From the NCBI GenBank assembly GCA_037132255.1, contig JBAXPN010000004.1, positions 17,997-81,996 on the forward strand: a DNA stretch of 64,000 bases, in the 5' to 3' direction. Origin of the DNA: Candidatus Falkowbacteria bacterium. GTDB lineage: Bacteria; Patescibacteriota; Patescibacteriia; Patescibacteriales; UBA12465. Positions within the stretch are counted from its first letter, which is position 1; the number at the start of each line of letters is the position of its first letter. Below the pieces are notes generated by a model, which saw nothing but the letters and a program-made list of their open reading frames with translations, ran no database searches and had not been told where the DNA came from. Below, one piece after another: positions 1 to 8,880 of the stretch. Position numbers and translations under genes: made by a program.

Positions 1-1515
1 AGTCGTAATATCTTTACCCATTAAATTTAAACTAGCTTCATTCATGCCGTTGATACCGATGGTTGAAAAATGATTTTTCCAATATGAGCCAAAGCGCGTA
101 TAGATATTATCTAAATAAAACATTGAATAAGGATATAATCTATCTTCAGTAAACTTTTCAATAATTTTACGTTTTATTTCTAAACTTTCCTTAGCTAAAT
201 CCATTAAGGCAACTAATTTTTCGCGGAACTCTTCCTTGCTCTTAGATAGATATCCTAAGCGAGCTAAATTTATTGTAACAACACCTAATGATCCGGTTAA
301 AGGATTGGCGCCGAATAAGCCACCGCCTCTCTTACGAAGCTCACGATTGTCTAAACGTAAGCGGCAGCACATTGAACGCGCATCATCGCGGTCCATATCT
401 GAATTAACAAAATTTGAAAAATAAGGGATACCGTATTTAGCGGTCATTTCCCAAACTGGTTTTAAACATTCACGGTCATATTCAAAAGTCTTATCAATAC
501 AATAAGTCGGAATCGGGAAGCCAAAGACGCGCCCGGTTGAGTCCCCCGCTAACATAACTTCGGCAAAAGCTTGGTTAAACATATCCATTTCTACCTGGAA
601 ATCTTTATATTGTTCCGGCATAACTTGTCCGCCGATAATAACGCTTTCCTCGCCAATCATTTTTGAAGGAGTAACGTCTAAAGTAACATTGGTAAACGGA
701 GTTTGAAAACCAACCCGAGTCGGAACATTGATATTAAACATGAACTCCTGAAGACCCTGCTTAACTTCTTTGTAAGTTAAATTATCATAACGAATAAAAG
801 GAGCGAGATAGGTATCAAAATTAGCAAAGGCCTGAGCACCCGCTGCTTCGCCTTGCATGGTATAGAAAAAATTAATAATTTGTCCAAGAGCGCTACGGAA
901 ATGCTTTGGCGGGAAACTTTGCACTTTCTCATTAACACCGCGAAAACCACGAATAAGTAAATCTTTTAAATCCCAGCCACAGCAATAAGGAGCGAGCAAT
1001 CCTAAATCATGGATATGCATATCGCCATTAACGTGAGCCTGACGAATATTTTCCGGATACATCTTATTGAGCCAATAACGAGCAGAAATAGAAGAGGCAA
1101 TATAATTATTTAAACCTTGAACAGAGAAACTCATATTACTATTCTCTTTCAAGCGCCAATCAGAGCGGCCCAAATAATCCTCCATCAATTTATCGTCTGA
1201 AGTCGCGGTATTGATATCGCGAATCTGACGATGCTGATCGCGGTAAATAATATAAGCCTTAGCGATTTTAATTAATTTATTCTCAATCAAAACTTCTTCA
1301 ACAATATCCTGAATTTCTTCAACCGCCGGAATACTATTCTTATGAAACTTTTTATTCATTTTCATGACAACCTGATCACATAACTTTTTCGCTAAGTGAC
1401 GATCGTCAATTTCTACAGAAACAGCGGCCTTATAAATAGCCCGAGCGATTTTGTCCTGGTCAAAATCTACGATTTCGCCGGATCTTTTGATTAACTTGCT
1501 GATAGTTTCAGACAT
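1..1515 (-). CDS. nrdD: Anaerobic (class III) ribonucleoside-triphosphate reductase, N-terminal 505 codons; the 3' end lies beyond the left window edge
   Basis: Absent from the supplied ORF track because it runs off the edge. My minus-strand translation from the ATG at 1515 reads MSETISKLIKRSGEIVDFDQDKIARAIY (ATP-cone) ... HVNGDMHIHDLG ... MCCRLRLDNRELRKRGGGLFGANPLTGSLGVVTINL. The frame is open for all 505 codons down to position 1. It lies next to nrdR. Confidence 0.9.
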   Translation of the reverse strand, partial: MSETISKLIKRSGEIVDFDQDKIARAIYKAAVSVEIDDRHLAKKLCDQVVMKMNKKFHKNSIPAVEEIQDIVEEVLIENKLIKIAKAYIIYRDQHRQIRDINTATSDDKLMEDYLGRSDWRLKENSNMSFSVQGLNNYIASSISARYWLNKMYPENIRQAHVNGDMHIHDLGLLAPYCCGWDLKDLLIRGFRGVNEKVQSFPPKHFRSALGQIINFFYTMQGEAAGAQAFANFDTYLAPFIRYDNLTYKEVKQGLQEFMFNINVPTRVGFQTPFTNVTLDVTPSKMIGEESVIIGGQVMPEQYKDFQVEMDMFNQAFAEVMLAGDSTGRVFGFPIPTYCIDKTFEYDRECLKPVWEMTAKYGIPYFSNFVNSDMDRDDARSMCCRLRLDNRELRKRGGGLFGANPLTGSLGVVTINLARLGYLSKSKEEFREKLVALMDLAKESLEIKRKIIEKFTEDRLYPYSMFYLDNIYTRFGSYWKNHFSTIGINGMNEASLNLMGKDITT

Positions 1516-1635
1516 AGGGATTAATGCCCGGCAATATTATTTTTCCGCTTAGGTGATTTCTGGGGAAAAATTTAGTAGGACTAAATTTTTCTGTACGAAA
1601 TCATATGCGCTCCAAAATATATTACCGTTCCTTAA

Positions 1636-2094
1636 TTACTTCTTCTCTTTAATAAGTTTATTAAGCTCTTTTTGAAATTCGTGGGCATCCTTAAAGGATT
1701 CATAAACTGAGGCATAACGGATATAGGCGACCTGATCTACTTTCTTGAGATTTTTCATGACGACCTGGCCAATTTGGCGGGAAGTTATTTCCGTATCTTT
1801 GAGACGTTGCAGGTCTCTTTCGATTGAGTGGATTAATTTTTTAAAGCGGTCATCGGTAATCGGTCTTTTCTCGCAAGACTTCTTCATTCCATTAACCATT
1901 TTTTCGCGACTATAGTTTTCACGTCGACCATCGCGCTTAACAATTACTAAATCTAGTAATTCGATCTCTTCATAAGTTGAAAAACGGAAACTACATTTTA
2001 AACATTCGCGGCGACGACGGATAGATAAACCGTCGGGCGCAACGCGGGAGTCAACAACCTTGGTATCGGGGTAATAACAGATTGGACATTTCAT
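1636..2094 (-). CDS. nrdR: NrdR transcriptional repressor of ribonucleotide reductase genes (zinc ribbon + ATP-cone)
   Basis: MKCPICYYPDTKVVDSRVAPDGLSIRRRRECLKCSFRFSTYEEIE carries the CxxC...CxxC ribbon and the conserved VVDSR/RRRREC motifs. The 152-aa length is typical. Confidence 0.95.
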   Translation of the reverse strand: MKCPICYYPDTKVVDSRVAPDGLSIRRRRECLKCSFRFSTYEEIELLDLVIVKRDGRRENYSREKMVNGMKKSCEKRPITDDRFKKLIHSIERDLQRLKDTEITSRQIGQVVMKNLKKVDQVAYIRYASVYESFKDAHEFQKELNKLIKEKK

Positions 2095-2107
2095 ATATTT
2101 TTTAAAA

Positions 2108-2155
2108 ACCCTATATTTTGTGGCCGTTTAGGACATTGACCACTAAATGTTGTAT
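2108..2155. promoter_or_regulatory. Pair of NrdR boxes upstream of nrdR-nrdD
   Basis: ACCCTATATTTTGTGG (2108-2123) matches 13/16 and CCACTAAATGTTGTAT (2140-2155) matches 11/16 of the published 16-bp palindrome acaCwAtATaTwGtgt. Their centres are 32 bp apart, the usual tandem spacing. Confidence 0.6.
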
Positions 2156-2164
2156 TCTAAGTCA

Positions 2165-2193
2165 ATTTTAGCAAAAATAAGGGGCCGGGTCAA
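2165..2193 (-). promoter_or_regulatory. Candidate sigma70-type promoter for nrdR-nrdD
   Basis: The minus strand reads TTGACC, a 17-nt spacer, then TGcTAAAAT (extended -10). The NrdR boxes begin a few nt downstream of the expected start site. Confidence 0.45.
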
Positions 2194-2269
2194 TTTAGCT
2201 AATTTTAAAAAAAATACAAATATTTTCTTAAGTTATCCACAGAGAAACTTAAAATCTATTTAGGGAAAT

Positions 2270-2299
2270 AAAAAACGAGTGGCTTATTAGCACACTCGT
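2270..2299 (-). terminator. Rho-independent terminator closing the lipoprotein cassette
   Basis: The minus-strand RNA is ACGAGUG-(loop)-CACUCGU followed by UUUUUU, 37 nt after the stop at 2336. Confidence 0.7.
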
Positions 2300-2335
2300 T
2301 GATGATTTTGTTATTTTTTTGAAATTTTTCGCGTA

Positions 2336-2857
2336 TTAATAGCCCGCAATTACAAGGCTTGGCCTGAGTTTGTAGGTGAAAACAGAAATCCGTGATTCAA
2401 TGTACTGTGGTTCAGCAGTTTTTTTGTCAGTATTAAGCATCATAACCCAGGTTCCTTCTGCCGAAGCTGGCGAGAAGAGTCCATTAGGGTCGGCCTGATT
2501 TATGACAGCAGCAGAATAAACTACTTTCATCGGGTTAGTAAACTGAGTGGCACAGGGAATCCCGTAACCAATAGTTTCGCCGATGTAAGTGTACTTACCT
2601 GTCATTTCACTGAAGATGTAAGTGTAGGTAACAAGGCCATTCTGATCCCGGAGCTCGATGATATCCTTAAGGATTCTTTTTTCCCGGAAATTTTTAATGG
2701 CTGGCATACCGACAGCAGACGTACCTTCGGCCAGGATTTTTTCCTGCTGAGCTTTCTGTGTCTCATCGCTATTCGACTGTTCATCACAAGCGGTAATAAA
2801 TAATCCACTAATCACAAAAAATAGGACAATCCCCATAAAATTTACGTACTTTTTCAT
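2336..2857 (-). CDS. Lipoprotein of unknown function, paralogue A (173 aa)
   Basis: Signal peptide with lipobox (LFITAC). The C-terminal ~130 aa are nearly identical to the neighbouring ORF. I recognise no family. Confidence 0.8.
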   Translation of the reverse strand: MKKYVNFMGIVLFFVISGLFITACDEQSNSDETQKAQQEKILAEGTSAVGMPAIKNFREKRILKDIIELRDQNGLVTYTYIFSEMTGKYTYIGETIGYGIPCATQFTNPMKVVYSAAVINQADPNGLFSPASAEGTWVMMLNTDKKTAEPQYIESRISVFTYKLRPSLVIAGY

Positions 2858-2916
2858 TTTTGATTTGTTTTGGTTAATACTAATTTGGGTGTTAGGTGAT
2901 ATGGGTAATTTTTTTG

Positions 2917-3438
2917 TTAGTAACCCGCAATTACAAGGCTTGGCCTGAGTTTGTAGGTGAAAACAGAAATCCGTGATTCAATGTACTGTGGTTCAGCAGT
3001 TTTTTTGTCAGTATTAAGCATCATAACCCAGGTTCCTTCTGCCGAAGCTGGCGAGAAGAGTCCATTAGGGTCGGCCTGATTTATGACAGCGCGATGATCC
3101 ATGCTCCCCGTAACTTTCACAGGATTAGTAAACTGAGTGGCACAGGGAATCCCGTAACCAATAGTTTCGCCGATGTAGGTATATTTCCCGGTCATCTCAC
3201 TGAAAATGTAGGTATAGGTAATAAGGCCATTCTGATCCCGGAGCTCGATGATATCCTTAAGGATTCTTTTTTCCCGGAAATTTTTAATGGCTGGCATACC
3301 GACAGCAGACGTACCTTCGGCCAGGATTTTTTCCTGTTGTTCACGTTGAACAGCATCACTGCTTTCGTCGCAAGAAACAAATACAGTACTTACAAAAATA
3401 AATGATATGAGCAATAAGCAGATTGAACTCTTTTTCAT
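2917..3438 (-). CDS. Lipoprotein of unknown function, paralogue B (173 aa)
   Basis: Signal peptide with lipobox (VFVSC). It shares QQEKILAEGTSAVGMPAIKNFREKRILKDIIELRDQNGL...YIESRISVFTYKLRPSLVIAGY with paralogue A. Confidence 0.8.
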   Translation of the reverse strand: MKKSSICLLLISFIFVSTVFVSCDESSDAVQREQQEKILAEGTSAVGMPAIKNFREKRILKDIIELRDQNGLITYTYIFSEMTGKYTYIGETIGYGIPCATQFTNPVKVTGSMDHRAVINQADPNGLFSPASAEGTWVMMLNTDKKTAEPQYIESRISVFTYKLRPSLVIAGY

Positions 3439-3499
3439 CGTTTCTTTTTTTGATAATGGGTTGGTAATTTGCTTGTTAGTTTTTTGTTCTTTTTTGGGA

Positions 3500-3850
3500 T
3501 TAGTATTTCCCCTTTTCCTTCTCCTTTTTTAATTTCTGAATGAAATCATAGAGATCAGTTGGTAGCTTATTCACATCAAAGTCGGCAGCCCGGTGCAATA
3601 TAATTGAACCGAGAGCAGCCTTGTGCAATGAATCGGCCTGCTCGTATTGAAATTGCATGTTCTGTAGTTCCTGGATGGAACCCTGATTATAAGCCTTACT
3701 TTGCTCAAATGTTTCGCGACGGACCTGCTCCATCTTGGGTGCAAAAAATTTGAACATAAAAAAGCTGTTTCCGGCGACTGCCCATCCGATAAGAATGAAG
3801 GTTGCAAAAATGGCAATAAAAATACCGATGCCCTTAAATAAATCTTTCAT
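3500..3850 (-). CDS. Small N-terminally membrane-anchored protein, unknown function (116 aa)
   Basis: One TM helix (GIGIFIAIFATFILIGWAV) followed by a helical, lysine-rich tail. It is the first gene of the cassette upstream of the two lipoproteins. Confidence 0.65.
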   Translation of the reverse strand: MKDLFKGIGIFIAIFATFILIGWAVAGNSFFMFKFFAPKMEQVRRETFEQSKAYNQGSIQELQNMQFQYEQADSLHKAALGSIILHRAADFDVNKLPTDLYDFIQKLKKEKEKGKY

Positions 3851-3973
3851 TTTGAGGTTTTTTTAAATGATTAATACGTTAACTGTTTAAGAGCTAATAA
3901 GAATTACGAGCTCAAGACAATTAACGTCTTATTCTTTAAACCTATTTGTAAAAGGTCTTTTATTAACAAAACA

Positions 3974-4002
3974 ATTATAGCATATATACAAATATATGTC
4001 AA
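3974..4002 (-). promoter_or_regulatory. Near-consensus sigma70 promoter for the 3-gene cassette
   Basis: The minus strand reads TTGACA (3997-4002), an exact 17-nt spacer, then TGcTATAAT (-10 at 3974-3979). This predicts a ~115-nt 5' UTR before the ATG at 3850. Confidence 0.7.
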
Positions 4003-4010
4003 TAGTAAAC

Positions 4011-4033
4011 AAAAAACCACCATTTCGGCGGTC
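4011..4033 (-). terminator. Rho-independent terminator after ftsZ
   Basis: The minus-strand RNA is GACCGCC-GAAAU-GGUGGUU followed by a U-run, ~30 nt after the ftsZ stop. Confidence 0.65.
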
Positions 4034-4063
4034 TTTTATGTATATTTTAGATTTATTCTATAA

Positions 4064-5254
4064 TTAGCCCATCTTCTTCCGAATAAACGCTGGGACGCTT
4101 AAATCGTCATCATCGTTAATTGGTCTTTCCGCCTTCTTTTCTAAAGCTGGTTTAACCGGAATATTCTTAAAGACATTAAATTTACCCTTATTCTTATCAA
4201 CTGAAGTCGAAGACATCATCGGTTCGTTCTCAATCTCTTTTTCAACAATAAAGGCATTAGGGGTATATGATTTAGTCATTTCCGTCTTTTGATTCTTGCC
4301 ACGGCCATCAAAACCGGTCGCAACAACAGTAATTTTAATCTGGTCCTTCATCTTTTCATCAATAACCGCACCAAAAATAATCTTAGCGTCGTCATCGGCC
4401 GCCGAGGTAATAACCTTAGCCGCTTCAGAGACCTCAGTCATGCTCAGATCTGGGCCACCCGTAATTGTGAAGACGATGCCACGGGCTCCATCTATCGACA
4501 TGTCGAGCAAATTAGAATTAATGGCATCTTTAGCCGCCTCAACGGCCTTGTTCTCACCAGTGGCCATTCCAATGCCCATGAGGGCAGATCCAGCGTTAGA
4601 CATGACTGCTTTCACATCAGCGAAGTCGGCGTTGATAATACCAGGAACGGTAATAATTTCGGCAATGCCCTGAACACCTTGGCGCAAAACATCATCTGCA
4701 ATTTTAAAAGCCTCTAAAAGTGAGGTTTTCTTATCAATTACTTGTAATAATTTATCATTGGAAATAGTAATAATCGTATCTACTTTATCAGCGAGCTCGG
4801 CATAGGCCCGATCAGCAATATTCTTGCGCTGGCCACCTTCAAACATAAAAGGTTTAGTAACAACAGCGACAGTTAAAGCTCCCATCTCTTTAGCGATTTG
4901 AGCAACAACTGGTGAAGCGCCAGAACCAGTTCCTCCACCTAACCCGCAAGTAACAAAAACCATATCACAGCCTTTTAAGGCTTCTTTGATTTCGTTCTGT
5001 GATTCTTCGGCTGCTCCTTTACCAAGATCTGGGTTCATACCAGCTCCTAGTCCCTTAGTTACGGTTTTACCGATATGTATTTTTTCATTAGCTTTATTAT
5101 AATGCAAAGCCTGAACGTCAGTATTGACGGCCACAAAGCCTACGCCTCTAATCCCGTTGGCCACCATGCGATTAATAGCGCTACCGCCACCGCCACCGAC
5201 ACCAACAACTTTGATTTTGGCAAATGTTTCAATTTCTGGTTTAACTTCCGCCAT
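4064..5254 (-). CDS. ftsZ: Cell division GTPase FtsZ
   Basis: IKVVGVGGGGGSAINRM, the tubulin signature GGGTGSGASPVVA, and the NTDVQAL motif. Confidence 0.97.
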   Translation of the reverse strand: MAEVKPEIETFAKIKVVGVGGGGGSAINRMVANGIRGVGFVAVNTDVQALHYNKANEKIHIGKTVTKGLGAGMNPDLGKGAAEESQNEIKEALKGCDMVFVTCGLGGGTGSGASPVVAQIAKEMGALTVAVVTKPFMFEGGQRKNIADRAYAELADKVDTIITISNDKLLQVIDKKTSLLEAFKIADDVLRQGVQGIAEIITVPGIINADFADVKAVMSNAGSALMGIGMATGENKAVEAAKDAINSNLLDMSIDGARGIVFTITGGPDLSMTEVSEAAKVITSAADDDAKIIFGAVIDEKMKDQIKITVVATGFDGRGKNQKTEMTKSYTPNAFIVEKEIENEPMMSSTSVDKNKGKFNVFKNIPVKPALEKKAERPINDDDDLSVPAFIRKKMG

Positions 5255-5275
5255 AAAATTATCGTGATTAAATTA

Positions 5276-6535
5276 TTATTTAGGCATTATTTTACTAAAT
5301 AAGCCTTTGGTCTTTTCAAATATTCCACCCAAACTTTTTGAGAATTTATTACCACCGCCGCCTTCTCCCTCTGTATGACTTCCCCAGATTACTAAGCCAA
5401 GCGCAGTTAAAAATTCCGGATTTCTTACTTTATCAATAACGACGTTAATATTTTTAGCTTGGCCGACAGCGGCTGGTAAACGCAACTTCTTTTTAGCAGA
5501 TTCTACTAAACCGTCAAGGCTTGCGCCACCGCCAACAAATATTACGCCGGCTGGTAACATCCCCGAGCGATCAATTCTTCTAAATTCATTATCAACTTTT
5601 TCAAATATTTCTTCAACGCGCGCATTAATAATCTCTGATACATACTTACGCGAAATCAAACTAATATCATCATTTATCTCTTCTTCTCTAACTAATTCAG
5701 TAACATCAATTTCTTCGCTCTTATCGAGTGCGTCGGGAACAGCACTCCCGTATTCACGCTTAATTCTTTCCGCTAAATTAATCGGGCAGCGCAGTCCAAT
5801 CGCGATATCAGCCGTAATATGTTCAGCGCCGATTGGTAAAATAGCCGTATGAATTAAATTTCTCTCTTCATATACCGCTAACGAAGTAGTGGAAGATCCT
5901 AGATTTACCAAGGCGACTCCCAACTCTTTCTGTTTAGTGCTCAACACCGCCTCAGCCGCTGCCAAGGGGCCCAGCACTAAATTTTCTATTTCTAAACCCG
6001 TACGATATATTGCTTTCGTTAAATTTTTAATTTGTGTACTTAGGCCTTGTACGATTAGAGTTTCTACTTCTAAACGAATACCATTCATGCCAATCGGATC
6101 TTTTATATCTCCCTGATTATCCACGGCAAATTTAATCGGGATAACATGAAGAATTTCATAATTAACCGGAACCGCTAAAGCACGTGCGGCTTCAATTGCT
6201 CGATTAACGTCATTCTCTCCAATTTCGCCATCGCTACGTCCAACGGCCACAACACCTTTCGAACGTTCACATTTAATATGCGGGTCATTAATCCCAACCC
6301 AAACGCGGCTAATAGGGACACCAACTAATCTTTCTGCCTTCTCTAAACACGCAGAAATTGAAGAAGTTGTTTCTTCAATACTATTAACAATACCGCGACT
6401 AACGCCGGCCGTCGGCACAGAAACTGCACCGATAATCTGAAGTTCTTCCCCGGCGAGTCCTGGGATTTTTTGACCGATCACCAGCCGAATTGAAGTCGAG
6501 CCAATATCGAGGCCGGCGATAATATTATCTTTCAT
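5276..6535 (-). CDS. ftsA: Cell division protein FtsA (actin-like ATPase)
   Basis: IIAGLDIGSTSIRLVIG, DIGSSTTSLAVY-type phosphate motifs and GGGASL. It sits immediately upstream of ftsZ. Confidence 0.93.
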   Translation of the reverse strand: MKDNIIAGLDIGSTSIRLVIGQKIPGLAGEELQIIGAVSVPTAGVSRGIVNSIEETTSSISACLEKAERLVGVPISRVWVGINDPHIKCERSKGVVAVGRSDGEIGENDVNRAIEAARALAVPVNYEILHVIPIKFAVDNQGDIKDPIGMNGIRLEVETLIVQGLSTQIKNLTKAIYRTGLEIENLVLGPLAAAEAVLSTKQKELGVALVNLGSSTTSLAVYEERNLIHTAILPIGAEHITADIAIGLRCPINLAERIKREYGSAVPDALDKSEEIDVTELVREEEINDDISLISRKYVSEIINARVEEIFEKVDNEFRRIDRSGMLPAGVIFVGGGASLDGLVESAKKKLRLPAAVGQAKNINVVIDKVRNPEFLTALGLVIWGSHTEGEGGGGNKFSKSLGGIFEKTKGLFSKIMPK

Positions 6536-6630
6536 AGTTATAACGAATTAAATAAAAATAAAACAATTTGAAGATTAGTAATTGCTGTTAATATTATACA
6601 AAATTTCTGAAAATTTAACAATTCCTTTTT

Positions 6631-7398
6631 TTAAGAAAATAATCTCAAATACCAATTAATTATTCTGTCTCCCCAAATTAAGGTAATAATAGCCCCGAAA
6701 GCTAAAAATGGACCAAGGGCAATTTTTGATTTCATTTTTTTCTCTTTAGCTATGAGTAGCGTTAAGCCAATTAAGGAACCAAGGCCGTAAGAGATAATCA
6801 TAATTAAAAAGAGCTGCGGCCAGCTAGGGAAACTTAGGCCTAGTAATAATCCTAGCCAAATATCGCCCTCCCCCAAGCCTCTTTTGCGAGTAATTAGGTA
6901 TTGAGCTAAAAAGAAAATTACTGCTACAAGCCCGGCGATAATAATAATGAACCAGGAAAATCCTAAGAGTAAATTTAAAAGAAAGAAAACGAAACACATC
7001 GGCCAAACAATGGTCATCGGAATTAATTGCCAGCGCAAATCGTAAACAAAAACAATTATTAAAGTAATTATTAAGAGCCAATCACGAGCTAAGAGCAAAG
7101 AAAATTGCGGCCACTGGCTATCATTTAAAAAAGCGAGAAGAAATAAACTTGCCGTTATAAGTTCGACTAAGGGATATTGCCAAGAAATTGACTTCTCACA
7201 ATATCGGCACTTGCCATCAAGAATGATAAAACTTAGGAGGGGAATATTATCATACCAAGCAATTTGTTTGCGGCATTTCGGACAATAAGAACGGCCGCCG
7301 ATTGTTTCATTTTTATATAAACGCCAAATTAAACAATTTAAAAAACTGCCTATTATTAAACCAAGTAAAAAAGAAAATGCAGAAAAAATATACATCAT
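6631..7398 (-). CDS. pilD: Type IV prepilin peptidase (A24 family, PilD-like)
   Basis: N-terminal CPKC...CRYC cysteine pairs, polytopic membrane protein, GLGEGDIWLG aspartyl motif, ALGPFLAFG near the C-terminus. Its ATG overlaps the upstream TGA (ATGA). Confidence 0.88.
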   Translation of the reverse strand: MMYIFSAFSFLLGLIIGSFLNCLIWRLYKNETIGGRSYCPKCRKQIAWYDNIPLLSFIILDGKCRYCEKSISWQYPLVELITASLFLLAFLNDSQWPQFSLLLARDWLLIITLIIVFVYDLRWQLIPMTIVWPMCFVFFLLNLLLGFSWFIIIIAGLVAVIFFLAQYLITRKRGLGEGDIWLGLLLGLSFPSWPQLFLIMIISYGLGSLIGLTLLIAKEKKMKSKIALGPFLAFGAIITLIWGDRIINWYLRLFS

Positions 7399-8072
7399 AG
7401 TAGCTTAAAATTATGCTTAAATATATATAAAAATTTTGATTTATAATAAAAAATTTTACGGCGCCAATAAGGGATTGGACTTCCTCCACGTAAATGCGTA
7501 ATTGCGACTTCAGCTAAGCGCTTTATCTTATAGCCTTTTTCGATGACTGAGCGACATAAATCTACATCTTCATAATACATAAAAAAATTTTCATCCCAAC
7601 CACCAAAACTAAGAAAAATACTCCGTCTAATTATTAGAGCGGCCCCGCTAACCCAGGATAAATCGCTAGACGATTTTTTTAATCCGTAAGCGTAGGCTTG
7701 TTCAGTCCCATCTTTTAATAATAAGCGCGGCGCGACAACTCCAAGACTTTTTTCATTTTCGAAAGCAGTTTGAATTGGACGTAAAATATTGCTACTTATA
7801 ATCGTGTCGCTATTAAGAAAAAATAAATAATCCCCTTGTGCGCTACTTGCCCCCTGGTTATTAGCTCGAGCAAAGCCATAATTTTTTTTGTTTAGAATTA
7901 TCTTTATCCGATTATTAAAGCACTGGCTTAAAATTTCGCGATCGCTGGCCGATGAGTTATTATCAATTAAAATTATTTCAAAAGTTCCGAGCTCGCAATA
8001 TTTAAAAATCGACTCGATGCAGGCGCTCGTTAGTTCTGCTGTATTATAATTAATAATAACGAAGGAAAACAT
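7395..8072 (-). CDS. Family 2 glycosyltransferase
   Basis: FSFVIINYNTAELT...IILIDNNSSD-like start, then NYGFARANNQG and FLNSDT motifs typical of GT2. Confidence 0.85.
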   Translation of the reverse strand: MFSFVIINYNTAELTSACIESIFKYCELGTFEIILIDNNSSASDREILSQCFNNRIKIILNKKNYGFARANNQGASSAQGDYLFFLNSDTIISSNILRPIQTAFENEKSLGVVAPRLLLKDGTEQAYAYGLKKSSSDLSWVSGAALIIRRSIFLSFGGWDENFFMYYEDVDLCRSVIEKGYKIKRLAEVAITHLRGGSPIPYWRRKIFYYKSKFLYIFKHNFKLL

Positions 8073-8876
8073 TTATTTTTTTAGTTTAAATATATAGTAA
8101 TCAAGCGCTGCGCGATATAGTGCCGCCCGAAGACTTATTAACAAACCAGGCACACCAGCTTTGTAAGCCCCACTAAATAAATTATTTAAAAAGGTAACTA
8201 AAAAATCTGCTGGTATTAATAGTAAAGGAAATTTTCTTCTTAGACGAATTAGTGTTGACCAATCACTTGCCTGATAATTAAATTTTTTTATTGCGGAAAA
8301 ATCTTGTAGGTAATATTTTGCCTGAAGTCGGGCCCAGGGTAGTTGTTTTGTTACGAATGACGCAAAGGAATAATTATTATAGGCAGGGCGATGCTCAAGT
8401 TTATAATTTACTTGTTTTATCGGTCCTTCAACTTCAACTATAAACTGCAGAATTCCTAAAAAAGAAATTTTATCTTTTCTAAATAAACATCTTTTATATG
8501 GCCAAGCAGCTTTTACTTCGCGATCCTTATTCCTTATAGGCCAAAGCAATTCGTAGGCGCTAACTTTCGGCGCACTAACTAAATTTCTTAAATTATCTCT
8601 TAATTCAGGCGACAGATATTCATCAGCGTCTATTTGTAATATCCAATTATTGCTCGCCCGACTGAAACTGAATGGGCGATGCTCCTCGGCGCCACCAGCG
8701 AATGCTTCAATATAAACTTTTGCCCCATAGCTTCGAGCAATATCTAATGTCTTATCGCCACAGTCTCCATCATGAACCAAAATAATTTCATCTACTACTC
8801 CGCGCAAACTGTCTAGGCAGCGCCCAATCAATTTCTCCTCATTAATAACCACCAAGCAGGCAGAGATTTTTTCCAT
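8073..8876 (-). CDS. Family 2 glycosyltransferase
   Basis: ISACLVVINEEKLIGRCLDSL...ILVHDGDCGDKT...IDADEY. It abuts the next gene with no gap. Confidence 0.8.
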   Translation of the reverse strand: MEKISACLVVINEEKLIGRCLDSLRGVVDEIILVHDGDCGDKTLDIARSYGAKVYIEAFAGGAEEHRPFSFSRASNNWILQIDADEYLSPELRDNLRNLVSAPKVSAYELLWPIRNKDREVKAAWPYKRCLFRKDKISFLGILQFIVEVEGPIKQVNYKLEHRPAYNNYSFASFVTKQLPWARLQAKYYLQDFSAIKKFNYQASDWSTLIRLRRKFPLLLIPADFLVTFLNNLFSGAYKAGVPGLLISLRAALYRAALDYYIFKLKK

Positions 8877-8880
8877 ATAT

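Larger units (their letters stand above)
2336..3438. repeat. Tandem gene duplication (period 581-590 nt) with mosaic identity
   Basis: 2343-2509 is identical to 2924-3090 (167 nt). A non-homologous patch follows (2510-2534 vs 3091-3124), then further identical blocks interrupted by a patch of mostly synonymous differences (~2588-2636). The 5' signal-peptide regions differ. Confidence 0.9.

Noticed and set aside
1578-1626. A possible second NrdR-box pair between nrdR and nrdD (GGACTAAATTTTTCTGT and TCCAAAATATATTACC, centres ~32 bp apart).
   Set aside because: They match the consensus at only about 8/16 and 10/16 positions. In AT-rich intergenic DNA this is not distinguishable from chance without a PWM score.
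2510-3124. The variable patch between the two lipoprotein paralogues as a diversity-generating retroelement target (VR/TR pair).
   Set aside because: The differences are not restricted to adenine positions, the patches differ in length by 9 nt, and no reverse transcriptase ORF is present anywhere in the window.
4289-4717. Plus-strand ORFs of 142 and 125 aa antisense to ftsZ. Similar cases lie antisense to ftsA, secD/secF (12171-12605, 13092-13397), gyrA (45578-46006), mscL (44350-44778) and the 304-aa gene (49070-49324).
   Set aside because: They overlap strongly conserved genes on the opposite strand and have no independent motif support, so they are shadow ORFs.
7395-7398. Possibility of an alternative genetic code (TGA as Gly or Trp, as in some CPR relatives).
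   Set aside because: TGA terminates good ORFs (the GT2 gene at 7395-7397 in an ATGA overlap, and the 93-aa ORF). ORFs of 1936, 1346 and 1101 aa are uninterrupted under the standard code, which would be very unlikely if TGA were a sense codon.
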